Assembly: GCA_043228905.1 (NCBI GenBank) | Contig: JBHGNT010000004.1 | Location: forward strand, 24,552,001 to 24,616,000 | Direction: 5' to 3' | Length of the DNA: 64,000 nt | Source of the DNA: Azolla caroliniana | Lineage: Eukaryota > Plantae > Polypodiophyta | Shown: piece by piece, positions 12,701-23,098 of the stretch | Layout of the letters: each line of letters opens with the position of its first letter | Position numbering within the stretch: the stretch's first letter is position 1 | The notes under the pieces: generated by a model | Told to the model about the DNA's origin: nothing | What the model saw: only the letters and a program-made list of their open reading frames with translations | Database searches by the model: none | Translations under genes and position numbers: made by a program

Positions 12701-13158
12701 ACTTCCCCTTTGGATTTGAAATAAGCAATATCATCTTCTAGATTGGCAAACGGTTGATCTTTATCCAAACAAGCATAAAAGTTAGAATCTTGATGAGGAA
12801 TGTAACATCCAACAACAAAAGTGGGCAAATCATTAGGTGTTTCTATTTTGAGCCATATGTAGCATTTATTTTCATCATTTTTTATGATTGACACATATTT
12901 CTCTATTTCCTTCTTAATCAAACATGCCACCCCTCCTTGTCCTCTTCTTTGTCTTGGATTTTTCTTCCATATCAAAGAGTGTACATTATAGTTTCCTAAA
13001 CCTTGAATCCTTTGAGTATCATGCTCCCATGTTTCAACAAGAAGTGTGATATCCGAGTCATTGGTGAACTCCTCTATGCCAAATCCCGCATTCCATGGGT
13101 ATCCATTGCAATTCCAAAAGCATAGTCGTAAAAGGCGTGGGTTAGTCTCATAGATCAC
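9784..13158 (-). CDS. LINE ORF2: AP endonuclease, reverse transcriptase and C-terminal CCHC-like finger (1124 aa, no AUG start)
   Basis: WNCNG, LVETW, GDMNA, IDYVL, SNHRP (APE); YRTI, FVDFKKAFD, GVKQGCPLSP, LLYADD, KYLG (RT); CTLC..EYH..C. The ORF track start codon is GTG. Confidence 0.93.
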   Translation of the reverse strand: MIYETNPRLLRLCFWNCNGYPWNAGFGIEEFTNDSDITLLVETWEHDTQRIQGLGNYNVHSLIWKKNPRQRRGQGGVACLIKKEIEKYVSIIKNDENKCYIWLKIETPNDLPTFVVGCYIPHQDSNFYACLDKDQPFANLEDDIAYFKSKGEVIVFGDMNARTRSFQLDSQESFMPHISRMQEDMQMYNRSSSDEKDPDQFGKLLLQMCNSTGLLIANGISLWPNTNGFTCRKYNGNSVIDYVLLSEGILDRIHKFSLGEWTPESNHRPLCIDLKCMHRFDCEKAIEDNKQPHLSMNLKRAPMYSKMVEDMLQMTKIQHGATLECKWEAFKKVILSCTNKCFSTNRTSWKCTKKLRKKWFDKECREARKCLMVLDVVKDKENYQKHLHEYKRLIQRKRRIWEVTQQFIQTQEKAHACAKFWGNLKGKRVESYGDLTLHDLSMHCKNLYELSLVGKMMCYGSLSHMPSFFTIEDICIGLKKLASRKASDLQCIKAEMLKWTGKEAHIWISDMFNDALQHGMPYDWTTNWIKPLHKGGDINNVNNYRTIMVGSLMAKLFGCIMESKISVWAEKSGKRAYGQAGFRKHHSTIDHLITLRVLMEESRLRGKGLYCCFVDFKKAFDMVPREHLWRRMEELEVPSEYMLAISRIYEKVICCVRMKDKLSDFFKSTIGVKQGCPLSPTLFGLCIDELEEMVTKFAKEECVEEVAIGNVVIMLLLYADDVVLFANTLGDAQKLMTALEKFCMHTKLSVNSSKTKIMLVKSQKRDKPCIMYNNEPLECVESFKYLGLEVPSNHRWNECATRRLEAGKRAYYAFENTCNLGDIKCWVLKKYLFDTLVTPVLLYGVEVWGGSIPKSMWKEFENVQKHFLTKFLQVKKQTPYTLLLLETGSLPIEIMAMERVVEYMLKVQKSPSHRLPRIAWEASKKIQKTHKSKILCSGWMQDIEKWFGRWDARHLLHDASLDSSVNEAFLQRQCIMTWDKCGGSRFTHYTTHVAPNYKTIFFAERGNRTHPYMLEPIPLSAIRTIASMRLSSHALRCETGRWGTSDESGRLCTLCPKQVRESEYHTLIQCSAFDHIRPCFPHLFDRAQSLHEFLSQPQCALSIATFIGKVLEHRESLLTFTRIT

Positions 13159-13164
13159 TTGTCC

Positions 13165-14034
13165 CTATTTGCCTACATTTCCATCTTTAGGCACATCCTT
13201 AACCTTGTTTTTCAATCTTTCTTCATATGCTTTACGACGAGCATTTTGTTGTGAGATAGTACGATCTTCACTCACAAAGCATTGTGTACCTTTGAGGTAT
13301 ACCCAACTATTTTCGAGTATGATCCGCCGCTTTGTATCATCTGTCATTGTGCATACAATAGGCCTTTCTCCGGAGCGAGTAACACCATGTTTCCCAACTC
13401 GGTGTGCCCCATATACATTCACATCTGACATCCCATAATGCATGCTAAAAAATTCACCAATGGCCTTTCCAAGGGATGCGGGTGTTTCCATACTCTCTTC
13501 TTTAATCCCACGGACGACAATGTTCTTTGATCGTCGTTCGCGTTCTTTCAATTCTCGGACATCTATGCTTTCTATATTCTTCTCTTGATGCATCACATGC
13601 ATATTAGATGAGTTTGATAACACATCCCCACCACATACATCGGCCCATGACTTCGTTGTACATACATTTTTCATCTCACTTACATCCCGCCTCATCGTAT
13701 CCAATTTTTCTTCTTTTAATGCTTCCTTTAACTCAATCTTGTTAAGGCGCTCATTTGTTTCAAATGAAGCTCTTTTACATTCTTGAATCTCTTCTTGAAG
13801 TTTTGCAAACACTTGTTTAAGACTTTCATTCTCAATGACAACACTTTGGAGCTTAGTATTCTCTTTCATTAACATCCTAATCTCTTCACCTTGCTTGTTT
13901 ATGGTTTCTTGAAGAGAAATCAAGTGACTCATAAGCATTTTGTCCATTGCATTAGAATCGAGATTTGTTGGTGATCTCGGCTCATTATCAATCATACCCC
14001 CAAACTTTGCGGCGGTTTTACGAGTATTTGCCAT
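13165..14034 (-). CDS. LINE ORF1 (289 aa): coiled coil plus RRM-like C-terminal domain
   Basis: Heptad-rich N-half; RSKNIVVRGIKE...AHRVG...RPIV...VSEDRT pattern typical of LINE ORF1p; directly upstream of ORF2. Confidence 0.85.
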   Translation of the reverse strand: MANTRKTAAKFGGMIDNEPRSPTNLDSNAMDKMLMSHLISLQETINKQGEEIRMLMKENTKLQSVVIENESLKQVFAKLQEEIQECKRASFETNERLNKIELKEALKEEKLDTMRRDVSEMKNVCTTKSWADVCGGDVLSNSSNMHVMHQEKNIESIDVRELKERERRSKNIVVRGIKEESMETPASLGKAIGEFFSMHYGMSDVNVYGAHRVGKHGVTRSGERPIVCTMTDDTKRRIILENSWVYLKGTQCFVSEDRTISQQNARRKAYEERLKNKVKDVPKDGNVGK

Positions 14035-14294
14035 TGTAGGGACAAACCGTACGGGAAAAGAGAGACAAAGAGGGAAGGAGAGAGAATGTACCTTTCACTC
14101 GATTTAGGGCTTCAAAATCTACCTTCCGTTTGAGGAACCGTGGGGCAAAGATGGCTGCGGATGAAAATGCTCATAACTTCTCACCACGGTAACGGAATTC
14201 AGTAAATGAACATTCTTTAGAAAGCTCTCTCAAAGAGCTTTCCAACGAGCTATAGAACGTAGAAAACGATGGCCGGAGTGAACTTACAGAGAGC

Positions 14295-14297
<3 letters not shown>

Positions 14298-14356
<59 letters not shown>
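14298..14356. repeat. (GA)n microsatellite, right flank of LINE
   Basis: Direct reading. Confidence 0.95.
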
Positions 14357-14359
<3 letters not shown>

Positions 14360-15955
14360 CGGAAAAGTCCTTGGTTTGGACTTATGGTAGATGAAGCTAC
14401 CGATGTAAGCGTAACCAAGAACTTGATCCTTTACACTACATTTGTGGAAGGAAGGAAAGTAAGAACCTCTTATTTGGGGTTACTTGAAGTAGAGGATTGT
14501 ACATCAAACACAATAACAGAGAGAATTTTAGCATTGCTAAAAAAGTGGAAGTTAGATGTTAGAAAATTGATGGGATTTGGAAGTGATGGAGCATCTGTTA
14601 TGGTAGGTACGTCTACATGTGTTGCTACAAGATTGAAGTCATATAACCCATTTATGACTTCATTACATTGTTGTGCACATCGAACAAACTTGTGTGTGCA
14701 AGAGGCTTCAAAGAACATTGAAGTCAAAGAAACATGCAAGCAGTTAGATGCCCTTGTGAATCGGGTGGTTGCACATTTCTCGAGGAGCTCAATGCGCCAA
14801 GGTGAATTAAGTAAGATGCAAGATGCATTGGAATACATGCATTTGCATATTCTTGGGATTGTGAAGACACGATGGCTTAGTCGGCATGGTGCTATCATGA
14901 GGGTATGTGATGTGTATAAACCTTTGATGAAGACTTTGCAATCGCAAAGTGATGCATACAATGTATTCTTAAGTTTAAGAAACTTCAAAGTAGTGTATGC
15001 TTCACTTCCTTGCAAATGTACTTAATATCATGTCAACGTTAAGTATGGAATTCCAAAAGGAATATGTGGATGTGACATGCATTGGAGGTTTTGCTATGAT
15101 AGGCATTGGGGAGATAGAAGAACAATTTCTACATCATGTTATGATGGATCTCAATGGTTTTGAGAATGATAGCTATAATTATTCAATTATTCCAGAATAT
15201 GGTAGAGACAAAGGAATGCTTTCGGTTTTAAGAGATGCTATTAACGGTAATATGTATAAAAGCATCCTCATGGATAGAAGTATTGATGGTGAGGACTTAA
15301 TTGAAGCCATACGATTCCAAACTTTATTTTCTAAGGCATTAATAGAGACAATAAAAAAGAGGCTTCAAGATCCGGTAACCCTTTCCGCATTGAAAATGTT
15401 ATCACCAATGACCATTTCTACCGGATCTACAAGCATTTTAGCACGAAAAACTATGGGTCTTAATGAGTTGAAAACACTTGGAAATTTTTATGGCATTCAA
15501 AAAATGGTAGATGGGAAAGCGTTTTCTCCCATAAATGATAATGATAAATTGTATGATGAATATGCAATTTTCAAAAGGCAAGCTACCACGAAATGGCTTG
15601 GAAGAGATTTCTTAGATGTTTGGGGTATGATAAATTGTAATGATATAGGGAAAGAAAAGCTACCCGAACTTCTAAAGCTTTCATTGATAGGGTTAATTTA
15701 ATGTTCTTCTACAACAGTATGTGAGAGAGGCTGTAGTCACCTAAATCTAATAAAAAATCAGTTTAGAAATAGGCTAAAAAACAATGTGGTTGATGCATTG
15801 ATATGAATATCTATTGAAGGACCTGAACTAGAAGAACATGACTTTAGTGCCAGCATTTTCTTGTGGCGAGAAAGCAAGGCATATCGTCATATTTTTACAG
15901 GAACTTCTCATGAGCATGATGATGACATCGAGGACTTCATAGAAGATATAGATTA
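14360..15955 (+). pseudogene. hAT-family transposase fragment, 5'-truncated, with frameshift (~15000) and stop (15699) (copy A)
   Basis: DEATDVS, SDGASVM, HCCAH, TRWLS, and CERG..LN.IK...RNRL (hAT dimerisation region). Confidence 0.88.
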
Positions 15956-16188
15956 AAACTTTGTAAATTTGATTGATTTTGTTTTGGAACTTTCTATATA
16001 TTAGATCTGATTTGATCTAATATGTTGTTAATGCTACTTTACAAAGGTTTGAAAAGTGAATTCTATTTATAAATTTAGAATTTATTTTTAGTAAATATAT
16101 ATCTTTAGTTTTTGGGATCCAAAATTTTGTGATTGATTTGATTTGGTATTGCACTAGATTTGTTATTGGTATGTAGCCAAAGAAAAAA

Positions 16189-17100
16189 TCAACATGTTCC
16201 GATTGACATTGCCGCTAGTAGGATTGTACTTTCTTCTTCGGATAGAAAAACGTCCTCAAAAGTCTCCATCATTTTCAAATCCTTATCATGATCTCCTCTC
16301 AGGCATGCATTATGTGCCTGCCCACATTCTTGCAGACAATTTTCCACTTGCAACGTGTACTCCGTGGCCTCCCTCTCCACAATAGTCAGCCTTTGAGGCG
16401 ACCCTCCTTGCAGTCCCCGCTGCCCCTCTTCTACTCCCTCACCGTCCATCTGCCATAATGGAAGGTTGGAATGACCTCCCCCAACTTCTTGCTTCCCGAC
16501 ATCTACTTTCCAAACATCTGATTCTCACCACACTCGTGAGTCCTCACTGCCATCAACTGTGAAGATGGTCCCTGCCATACTGCTGGTAGGAGCCCTAATC
16601 TCCTCTTCCATCCATCCCCTCTTATCTGTCTGATTCACCAATTCCTTACATATCCTACCAACTCCTCCATTGATATGTTTCCCTACGTCTTTCCATGTGT
16701 CACTTGTTTCCCTGTGTTCTAAATTCCCAACCTGTTGCTTCTCTTGATCCTTATTCATCATTTGTAGTGCATACCTTGACTCCACCCACCGCACGGCCGA
16801 CACCCTTGCCACCAATACTTTATTTGTTGCCATTGATGCTTTACTACCCTCTGATGGCTCCTTTGCGAACATGTTCTTTTGTAGCCTGCTGCCCTAAGGC
16901 TCCCTTGCCCTCTAATGCCCTACTATTAACCTTACACCCTAATTGAAGGAGACATACCTTACACTTTAGGAGTAGGGAAACTCGACATCGATGTGGTGCA
17001 TTCGGGGCGCTTTGTGCAGCCATAAAACGCTCCATCGCTTCTTCTGACGTTGACTCACTTTAAGTCAAAGGGATCTGTTTCGTTCGGGGCCCTCCCTGCA
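16189..17100 (-). pseudogene. Possible decayed LINE ORF1-like fragment
   Basis: Broken ORFs with a C-x2-CG-x2-H-x2-C knuckle remnant (CLQECGQAHNAC); weak. Confidence 0.3.
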
Positions 17101-17542
17101 ACCCTAAACCCCGCCATGTCTCAGTCGCTCAGTTCCTCATGAATCCAACATTTAGTTGGAGCTTCCTATCCGAAAGAGTTTGAGGATGAACAATAACAAT
17201 AACATATTTTATATATTACATATTACACACATATATTATTATACACACAATTATATACAAATGCATATATACATACCAAACCGAAAAAAATAATCACATA
17301 TTATATATATACACACATATAAAAATTGGATATTACATATCATAAAATCCATATCTATTACACAATATACAAATTTACATACACATACATACATAAATTA
17401 TGTATACATACATACATACATACATACATATAATATATATGTACATACATATTCCACATATCACAATATTTATAGATACTACGGAACCGTACAAACCACA
17501 ATACTTACATATACATATACATACATACACATACACATACAC

Positions 17543-17600
<58 letters not shown>

Positions 17601-17603
<3 letters not shown>

Positions 17604-18260
17604 CGGTGTAAATGGGAGAGTTGTATGGGGGTCCTTACAGGGGCTGAAGTTAACAAGGGAAGGTTGCGCGTAATAGTTAAACCCCCACGGTCATGGATTA
17701 ATAGTGTAGTGTGGCATGGTGTTTCAATGTGTTCGATTTCAACTTGGCACTAACTCTGAATTTTTTGAGGAGATATGGATCATGGTGGCTTGTTTATCGA
17801 TTTGGCACATTTGGACTAGGCGTTGCAAGTTTGTTTTTAAACATCAAAAGCTCCGTAGCAATGAGGTGTTGTTAAATATCTGGTTCGAGCTGGTATCTTG
17901 GTTGCGGGGACAATACCACTCAATTCAGGGGGAATTAGATGCAATTGAAAGAGCTTCGTCAAAGTTTTTGTTGAAATGGGGTAGTTCTCGTATGGGGGTC
18001 AGATCATCATCAGTGCCTATATGGAACTACCAAGCACCCAGATGGTTGTTTCTGCCAATGGCTCTCATTACTGACCAGGAGCTGTAAATATGTATAGATG
18101 TGGTACAAGTTACTTACTAGGTTATAGGAGTTGTTGGGATACTTTTGTTGTAAATGAGGTGGGGACTATGACCACTTTAGCGAGAAGGCCAGAGTGAGGT
18201 TTGCTGAAATTTGTTAGTCTTTGATGTACTTTGTTTGCTAACTAATGCGAAGTAGTCTTT
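17601..18260 (+). pseudogene. L1 LINE extreme 3' fragment
   Basis: IWHIWTRRCKFVF...IWFELVSWLRGQY, homologous to the L1 end at 56075-56530 (LWILWKQRCRRVF...IWSEIVATLKSQY). Confidence 0.75.
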
Positions 18261-18791
18261 TTTTTGGAATATATATATGTGTGTATGTATGTATGTATGT
18301 ATAAATATATATATAATATGTAATTTATTCTTTTGTCTTTGGTATGTATATATGCATTTGTATGTAATTGTGTGTACAATAATATATGTGTGTAATATGT
18401 AATATATAAAATATGTTTGTAAGATTGTGTACATATACATATATGTAATATGTAATTTTTATGTATGTATTATGTATATATGTATGTCAATATATATGGC
18501 TGATTCAAATGTATATGTAGTATGTAATGTATTTATGTAGGTGTATGTATATATATTTATATATGGTAAAACATATTTGTACATATATTTATGTTTAGTA
18601 AGTATGCATGTATAAATGGGTGTAATGTATGTATAAACATATCCATGGATGTAATGTTTGAATGTAGGTATATATGCATGCATGCATGTGTATGTATGTA
18701 TGTATGTATGTATGTATGCTAGCTACTCCAAATTTCACTATTTAATGTTTTCGTATCAAATAGTACACTGGCGAGAGCCAAGAAATGGGAT

Positions 18792-19005
18792 AGAGTTTGA
18801 TCCTACAATAGTTGCTTTTACTAATATATAACCTTTTCTCACTTTCAATATGAATTCTTCTAAGAAGTGTAGAGTTTGATCCTAGAAGAGTTTCTTTTAA
18901 TAATATATAACCTTTTCTCACTTTAAATATGAATTCTTCTAAGAAGTGTAGAGTTTGATCCTAGAAGAGTTGCTTTTAATAATATATAACCTTTTTTCGC
19001 TTTGA
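18792..19005. repeat. 79-bp tandem repeat x~2.7 (second copy 21295-21510)
   Basis: agagtttgatcc at 18792, 18871 and 18950. Confidence 0.9.
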
Positions 19006-19351
19006 ATATTGAGAAAGAGACGTTTGCAGTCAATACAAAAATGCAAATTTAAAAGGTGACAAAGACACCTACACATTTAGTGAGAGAATTTAGTGGTGCC
19101 AATGTGCATGTGTCCAAATCAAATTTAGGTTTGTGAAGGAATGACATTACGTAGTGAACCAAATCCTTAGAAGAAATGAGTAAGTTTAATGAAAATTTAG
19201 TGAACGCTCTACAAAAGACCCCCACACAAAATGAATGAATTAAGTGTTTTGCTTCGTTCATTTATTGGTAATCTAACATTATTCACGAAACATTCATCGA
19301 TTATTCATACAAAGGATCCGCAATCTAGCCACTCAGCCAAATTCACGAGGG

Positions 19352-19870
19352 CTCACTCCAACTCCTAACTCAAGATCTCCTCAAACTTTTGCATAGCCTT
19401 TGCGGAGAGCATCGAGAGAACCTTGATGCCCGTCCTCTCCTGGCCATGCGAGAGGAAGAGGATGACCTCCTTGGGGTAATAGGCGGGACCAGTGTGGACG
19501 GGCTCGCCCCACTCGAAGTCGGACGTGTGGAAGGAAAGCCTGGACCACTGGGAGATGATGAGGCTGGTGTGGGGAATGATGAGGCGGGTGGTGGATGGCT
19601 AGGGGGCTAGAGTCACCTCGAAGAAGTCGATGGCGGAGCGCATGTAGTTGTCGGTCACGAGGGTGATGGCGTCTTGGACGTGCTTCACGGCATTCGACAA
19701 CGGCCTCGCTCTCAGCAGCCCGGATTCCGTGTGTGCGAAAGTGTGGATGATGGCATTGCCCATGAAGCCGCGTGGCAGCGGGGGCGCAAACCTCGTGCGG
19801 CCATCCACCGTGATGAGGAGCTTCATCTTTTGCTCATCCTTCATTCCCATGGCCTCGCTGCGCGCCTTCA
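19352..19870 (-). pseudogene. BAHD acyltransferase (ASFT/HHT-like) 3' fragment, pseudogene 1
   Basis: KARSEAMGMKDEQKMKLLITVDGRTRFAPPLPRGFMGN; frame disruption ~19600; DFGWG mutated to DFEWG; 3' flank homologous to 60070-60340. Confidence 0.9.
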
Positions 19871-19981
19871 TAAATAAATTGGATATTACATATCATATAA
19901 TCCATACCTATTACACAATATACAAATTTACATACACATACATACATAAATTACGTATACATACATACATACATACATACA

Positions 19982-20013
<32 letters not shown>

Positions 20014-20109
20014 ATACATATGTACATACATATTCCACATTTCACAATATTTATAGATACTACGGAACCATACAAACCACAATACTTACATACACACACA
20101 CACACACAC

Positions 20110-20770
20110 ATGCGGTGTGAATGGGAGAGTTGTATGGCAGTCCTTACAGGGGCTGAAGTTAACAGGGGAAGGTTGCGTGTAATAGTTAAACCCCCACGGT
20201 CATGGATTTATAGTGTAGGGTGGCATGGTGCTTCAATGTGTTGGAGTTCGACTTGGCACTAACTCTAAATTTTTTGAGGAGATATGGATGATGGTGGCTT
20301 GTTTATCGATTTGGCACATTTGGACTAGGCGTTGCAAGTTTGTTTTTAAACATCAAAAGCTCCCTAGCAATGAAGTGTTGTTAAATATCTGGTTCGAGCT
20401 GGTATCTTGGTTGCGGGGACAATACCACTCAATTCAGGGGGAATCAGATGCAATTGAAAGAGCTTGGTCAAAGTTTCTGTTGAAATGGGGTAGTTGTCTT
20501 ATGGTGGTCAGATCATCATCAGTGCCTATATGGAACTACCAAGCACCCAGATGGTTGTTTCTGCCAATGGCTCTCATTACTGACCAGGAGCTGTAAATAT
20601 GTATAGATGTGGTACAAGTTACTTACTAGGTTATAGGAGTTGTTGGGATACTTTTGTTGTAAATGAGGTGGGGACTATGACCACTTTAGCGAGAAGGCCA
20701 GAGTGAGGTTTGCTGAAATTTGTTAGTCTTTGATGTACTTTGTTTGCTAACTAATGCGAAGTAGTCTTTT
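20110..20770 (+). pseudogene. L1 LINE extreme 3' fragment (second copy in tandem duplication)
   Basis: Near-identical to 17601-18260. Confidence 0.75.
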
Positions 20771-21854
20771 TTGTGGAATATATATATGTGTGTATGTATG
20801 TATGTATAAATATATATATAATATGTAATTTATTCTTTTGTCTTTGGTATGTATATATGCATTTGTATGTAATTGTGTGTACAATAATATATGTGTGTAA
20901 TATGTAATATAGAAAATATGTTTGTAAGATTGTGTACATATACATATATGTAATATGCAAATTTTATGTATGTATTATGTATATATGTATGTCAATATAT
21001 ATGGCTGATTCAAATGTATATGTAGTATGTAATGTATTTATGTAGGTGTATGTATATATTTATATATGGTAAAACATATTTGTACATATATTTATGTTTA
21101 GTAAGTATGCATGTATAAATGGGTGTAATGTATGTATAAACATATCCATGGATGTAATGTTTGAATGTAGGTATATATGCATGCATGCATGTGTATGTAT
21201 GTATGTATGTATGTATGTATGCTAGCTACTCCAAATTTCACTATTTAATGTTTTCATATCAAATAGTACACTGGCGAGAGCCAAGAAATGGGATAGAGTT
21301 TGATCCTACAATAGTTGCTTTTACTAATATATAACCTTTTCTCACTTTCAATATGAATTCTTCTAAGAAGTGTAGAGTTTGATCCTAGAAGAGTTTCTTT
21401 TAATAATATATAACCTTTTCTCACTTTAAATATGAATTCTTCTAAGAAGTGTAGAGTTTGATCCTAGAAGAGTTGCTTTTAATAATATATAACCTTTTTT
21501 CGCTTTGAATATTGAGAAAGAGACGTTTGCAGTCAATACAAAAATGCAAATTTAAAAGGTGACAAAGACACCTACACATTTAGTGAGAGAATTTAGTGGT
21601 GCCAATGTGCATGTGTCCAAATCAAATTTAGGTTTGTGAAGGAATGACATTACGTAGTGAACCAAATCCTTAGAAGAAATGAGTAAGTTTAATGAAAATT
21701 TAGTGAACGCTCTACAAAAGACCCCCACACAAAATGAATGAATTAAGTGTTTTGCTTCGTTCATTTATTGGTAATCTAACATTATTCACGAAACATTCAT
21801 CGATTATTAATACAAAGGATCCGCAATCTAGCCACTCAGCCGAATTTACGAGGG

Positions 21855-23098
21855 CTCACTACAACTCCTGACTCAAGATCTCCTCAAAATTTTGCATAGC
21901 CTTTGCGGAGAGCATCGAGAGAACCTTGATGCCCGTCCTCTCCTGGCCATGCGAGAGGAAGAGGATGACCGCCTTGGGGTAATAGGCGGGACCGGTGTGG
22001 ACGGGTTCGCCCCACCCGAAGTCGGATGTGTGGAGGGAAAGCCTGGACCACTAGGAGATGATGAGGCTGGTGTGGGGAATGATGAGGGGAGTGGTGGACG
22101 GCAAGGGGGCTGGAGTCACCTCGAAGAAGTCGGTGGCGGAGCGCATGTAGTTGTCGGTCACGAGGGCGATGGCGTCCTGGACGTGCTTCACGGCATTCGA
22201 CAGCGGCCTCACTCACGAAGTCCATGGCAGCTACGCCGTCCAACATGCAATGGTTCAGCTGCAGGCCTAAAACGACCCCACCGCTGTCGTGAAGAAAACC
22301 GTTCCTTAGCGCAATCGGTGCATAGCGCGCGTGAACCGGCTCTTCACGCGTGCATGCCCTTTAATGTATATAATAGGGAATTAGGTACATAGGCATATCC
22401 GGGGGTAGTTAGATTCGGTAGGTAGGAAGTAAATGAGGGAGACTTCTCCCCTCTGAAGCTATAAAAGAAAGGGAGACGCGGGGGAAAAGGGGATCGCGCA
22501 TTGAGGAGGACGAAGTGCTGTCGAACCGTAACCGAACGCTTCTCCTCTGTTCATTCTCCATCGCTCTTCTCTGCAGGATTTCGGGAGGCTCGCGCTGCTT
22601 CGAGGAACGCCCGTGTGCTTCCGGCAGCACCTCCATCCTATCCCCTTTCGTGCGCAGACGAACAGGCATCGGCATCTGTTCGCCGGCCTAGTCGGTTGTA
22701 ACCGCTCGCGTGCTCTGTTGTTTTGTGTCATTTGTTAATATACAAACATTCGTGTCTCTCTGTCTCTGTGTCCATTCGTGTTTTCTGCGTTGACGGGTCG
22801 TGTCCCTGTGTTTCTTTGCTCATACGTTACGGGTCGTCTCTCTCTTTCTCTTTCCCCTCCTATCACCTGCTCTTCGGTTCAAGACCCCGGTGGTCCCGCC
22901 TCGTTTCTCCACGCATGCGCGTAGCAACGCGACACCGCATTGGAAGTTGGTGACCTACGTAGGCAGACATGCAGATAGGTAATTCAGAACAAAAGGAAAT
23001 CAGACAGGTAGCTGCTACCATAGCATATAGCATATTGCATAGCAGAGGAAGGATGGAAGGAAGGAAGGAAGGGGAAGTTACTTGGACGGCCATAAGGG
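21855..23098 (-). pseudogene. BAHD acyltransferase pseudogene 2: end of exon 1, intron and internally deleted exon 2, split by a solo LTR
   Basis: PLMAVQ|gtaactt intron ...gtag|VTNFQCG[LTR]GVVLGLQLNHCMLDGVAAMDFVS, then a jump to RPLSNAV...DFGWG; intron resembles 61249-61327. Confidence 0.9.
22285..22934 (+). mobile_element. Solo LTR (650 bp) with 4-bp TSD CCGC inside BAHD pseudogene exon 2
   Basis: TGTCG...CGACA termini; CCGC at 22281-22284 and 22935-22938; removing the LTR and one CCGC restores colinearity with the intact gene. Confidence 0.9.

Larger units (their letters stand above)
9699..14297 (-). mobile_element. Full-length, apparently intact RTE/RTEX-like LINE with (TCTA)n 3' tail inserted in (GA)n
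   Basis: Two intact ORFs; (TAGA)n on + strand at 9699-9728; (GA)n on both flanks; insertion absent from the paralogous block at ~44945-45020. Confidence 0.93.
17325..22210. repeat. Tandem duplication of a ~2.5-kb unit (microsatellites, L1 3' fragment, AT-rich repeat, 79-bp trimer, BAHD 3' end)
   Basis: 17601 matches 20110 and 19049 matches 21552 (offset ~2503-2509); identical 70-aa ORF translations at 19049 and 21552. Confidence 0.92.

Noticed and set aside
13165-14125. Splicing from a 5' UTR donor to the ORF1 stop AG as the route to ORF2 expression
   Set aside because: No polypyrimidine tract before the AG, and the nearest upstream AUG/donor pair gives the wrong phase.
17375-17753. ORFs with CVCVCV/HTHTHT runs (also 19648-20262 and 62133-62680)
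   Set aside because: Translations of (AC)n/(ATAC)n microsatellites.
18792-18804. AGAGTTTGATCCT, identical to the start of the bacterial 16S 27F primer site (six copies)
   Set aside because: No rRNA similarity follows; it is part of a 79-bp AT-rich tandem unit.
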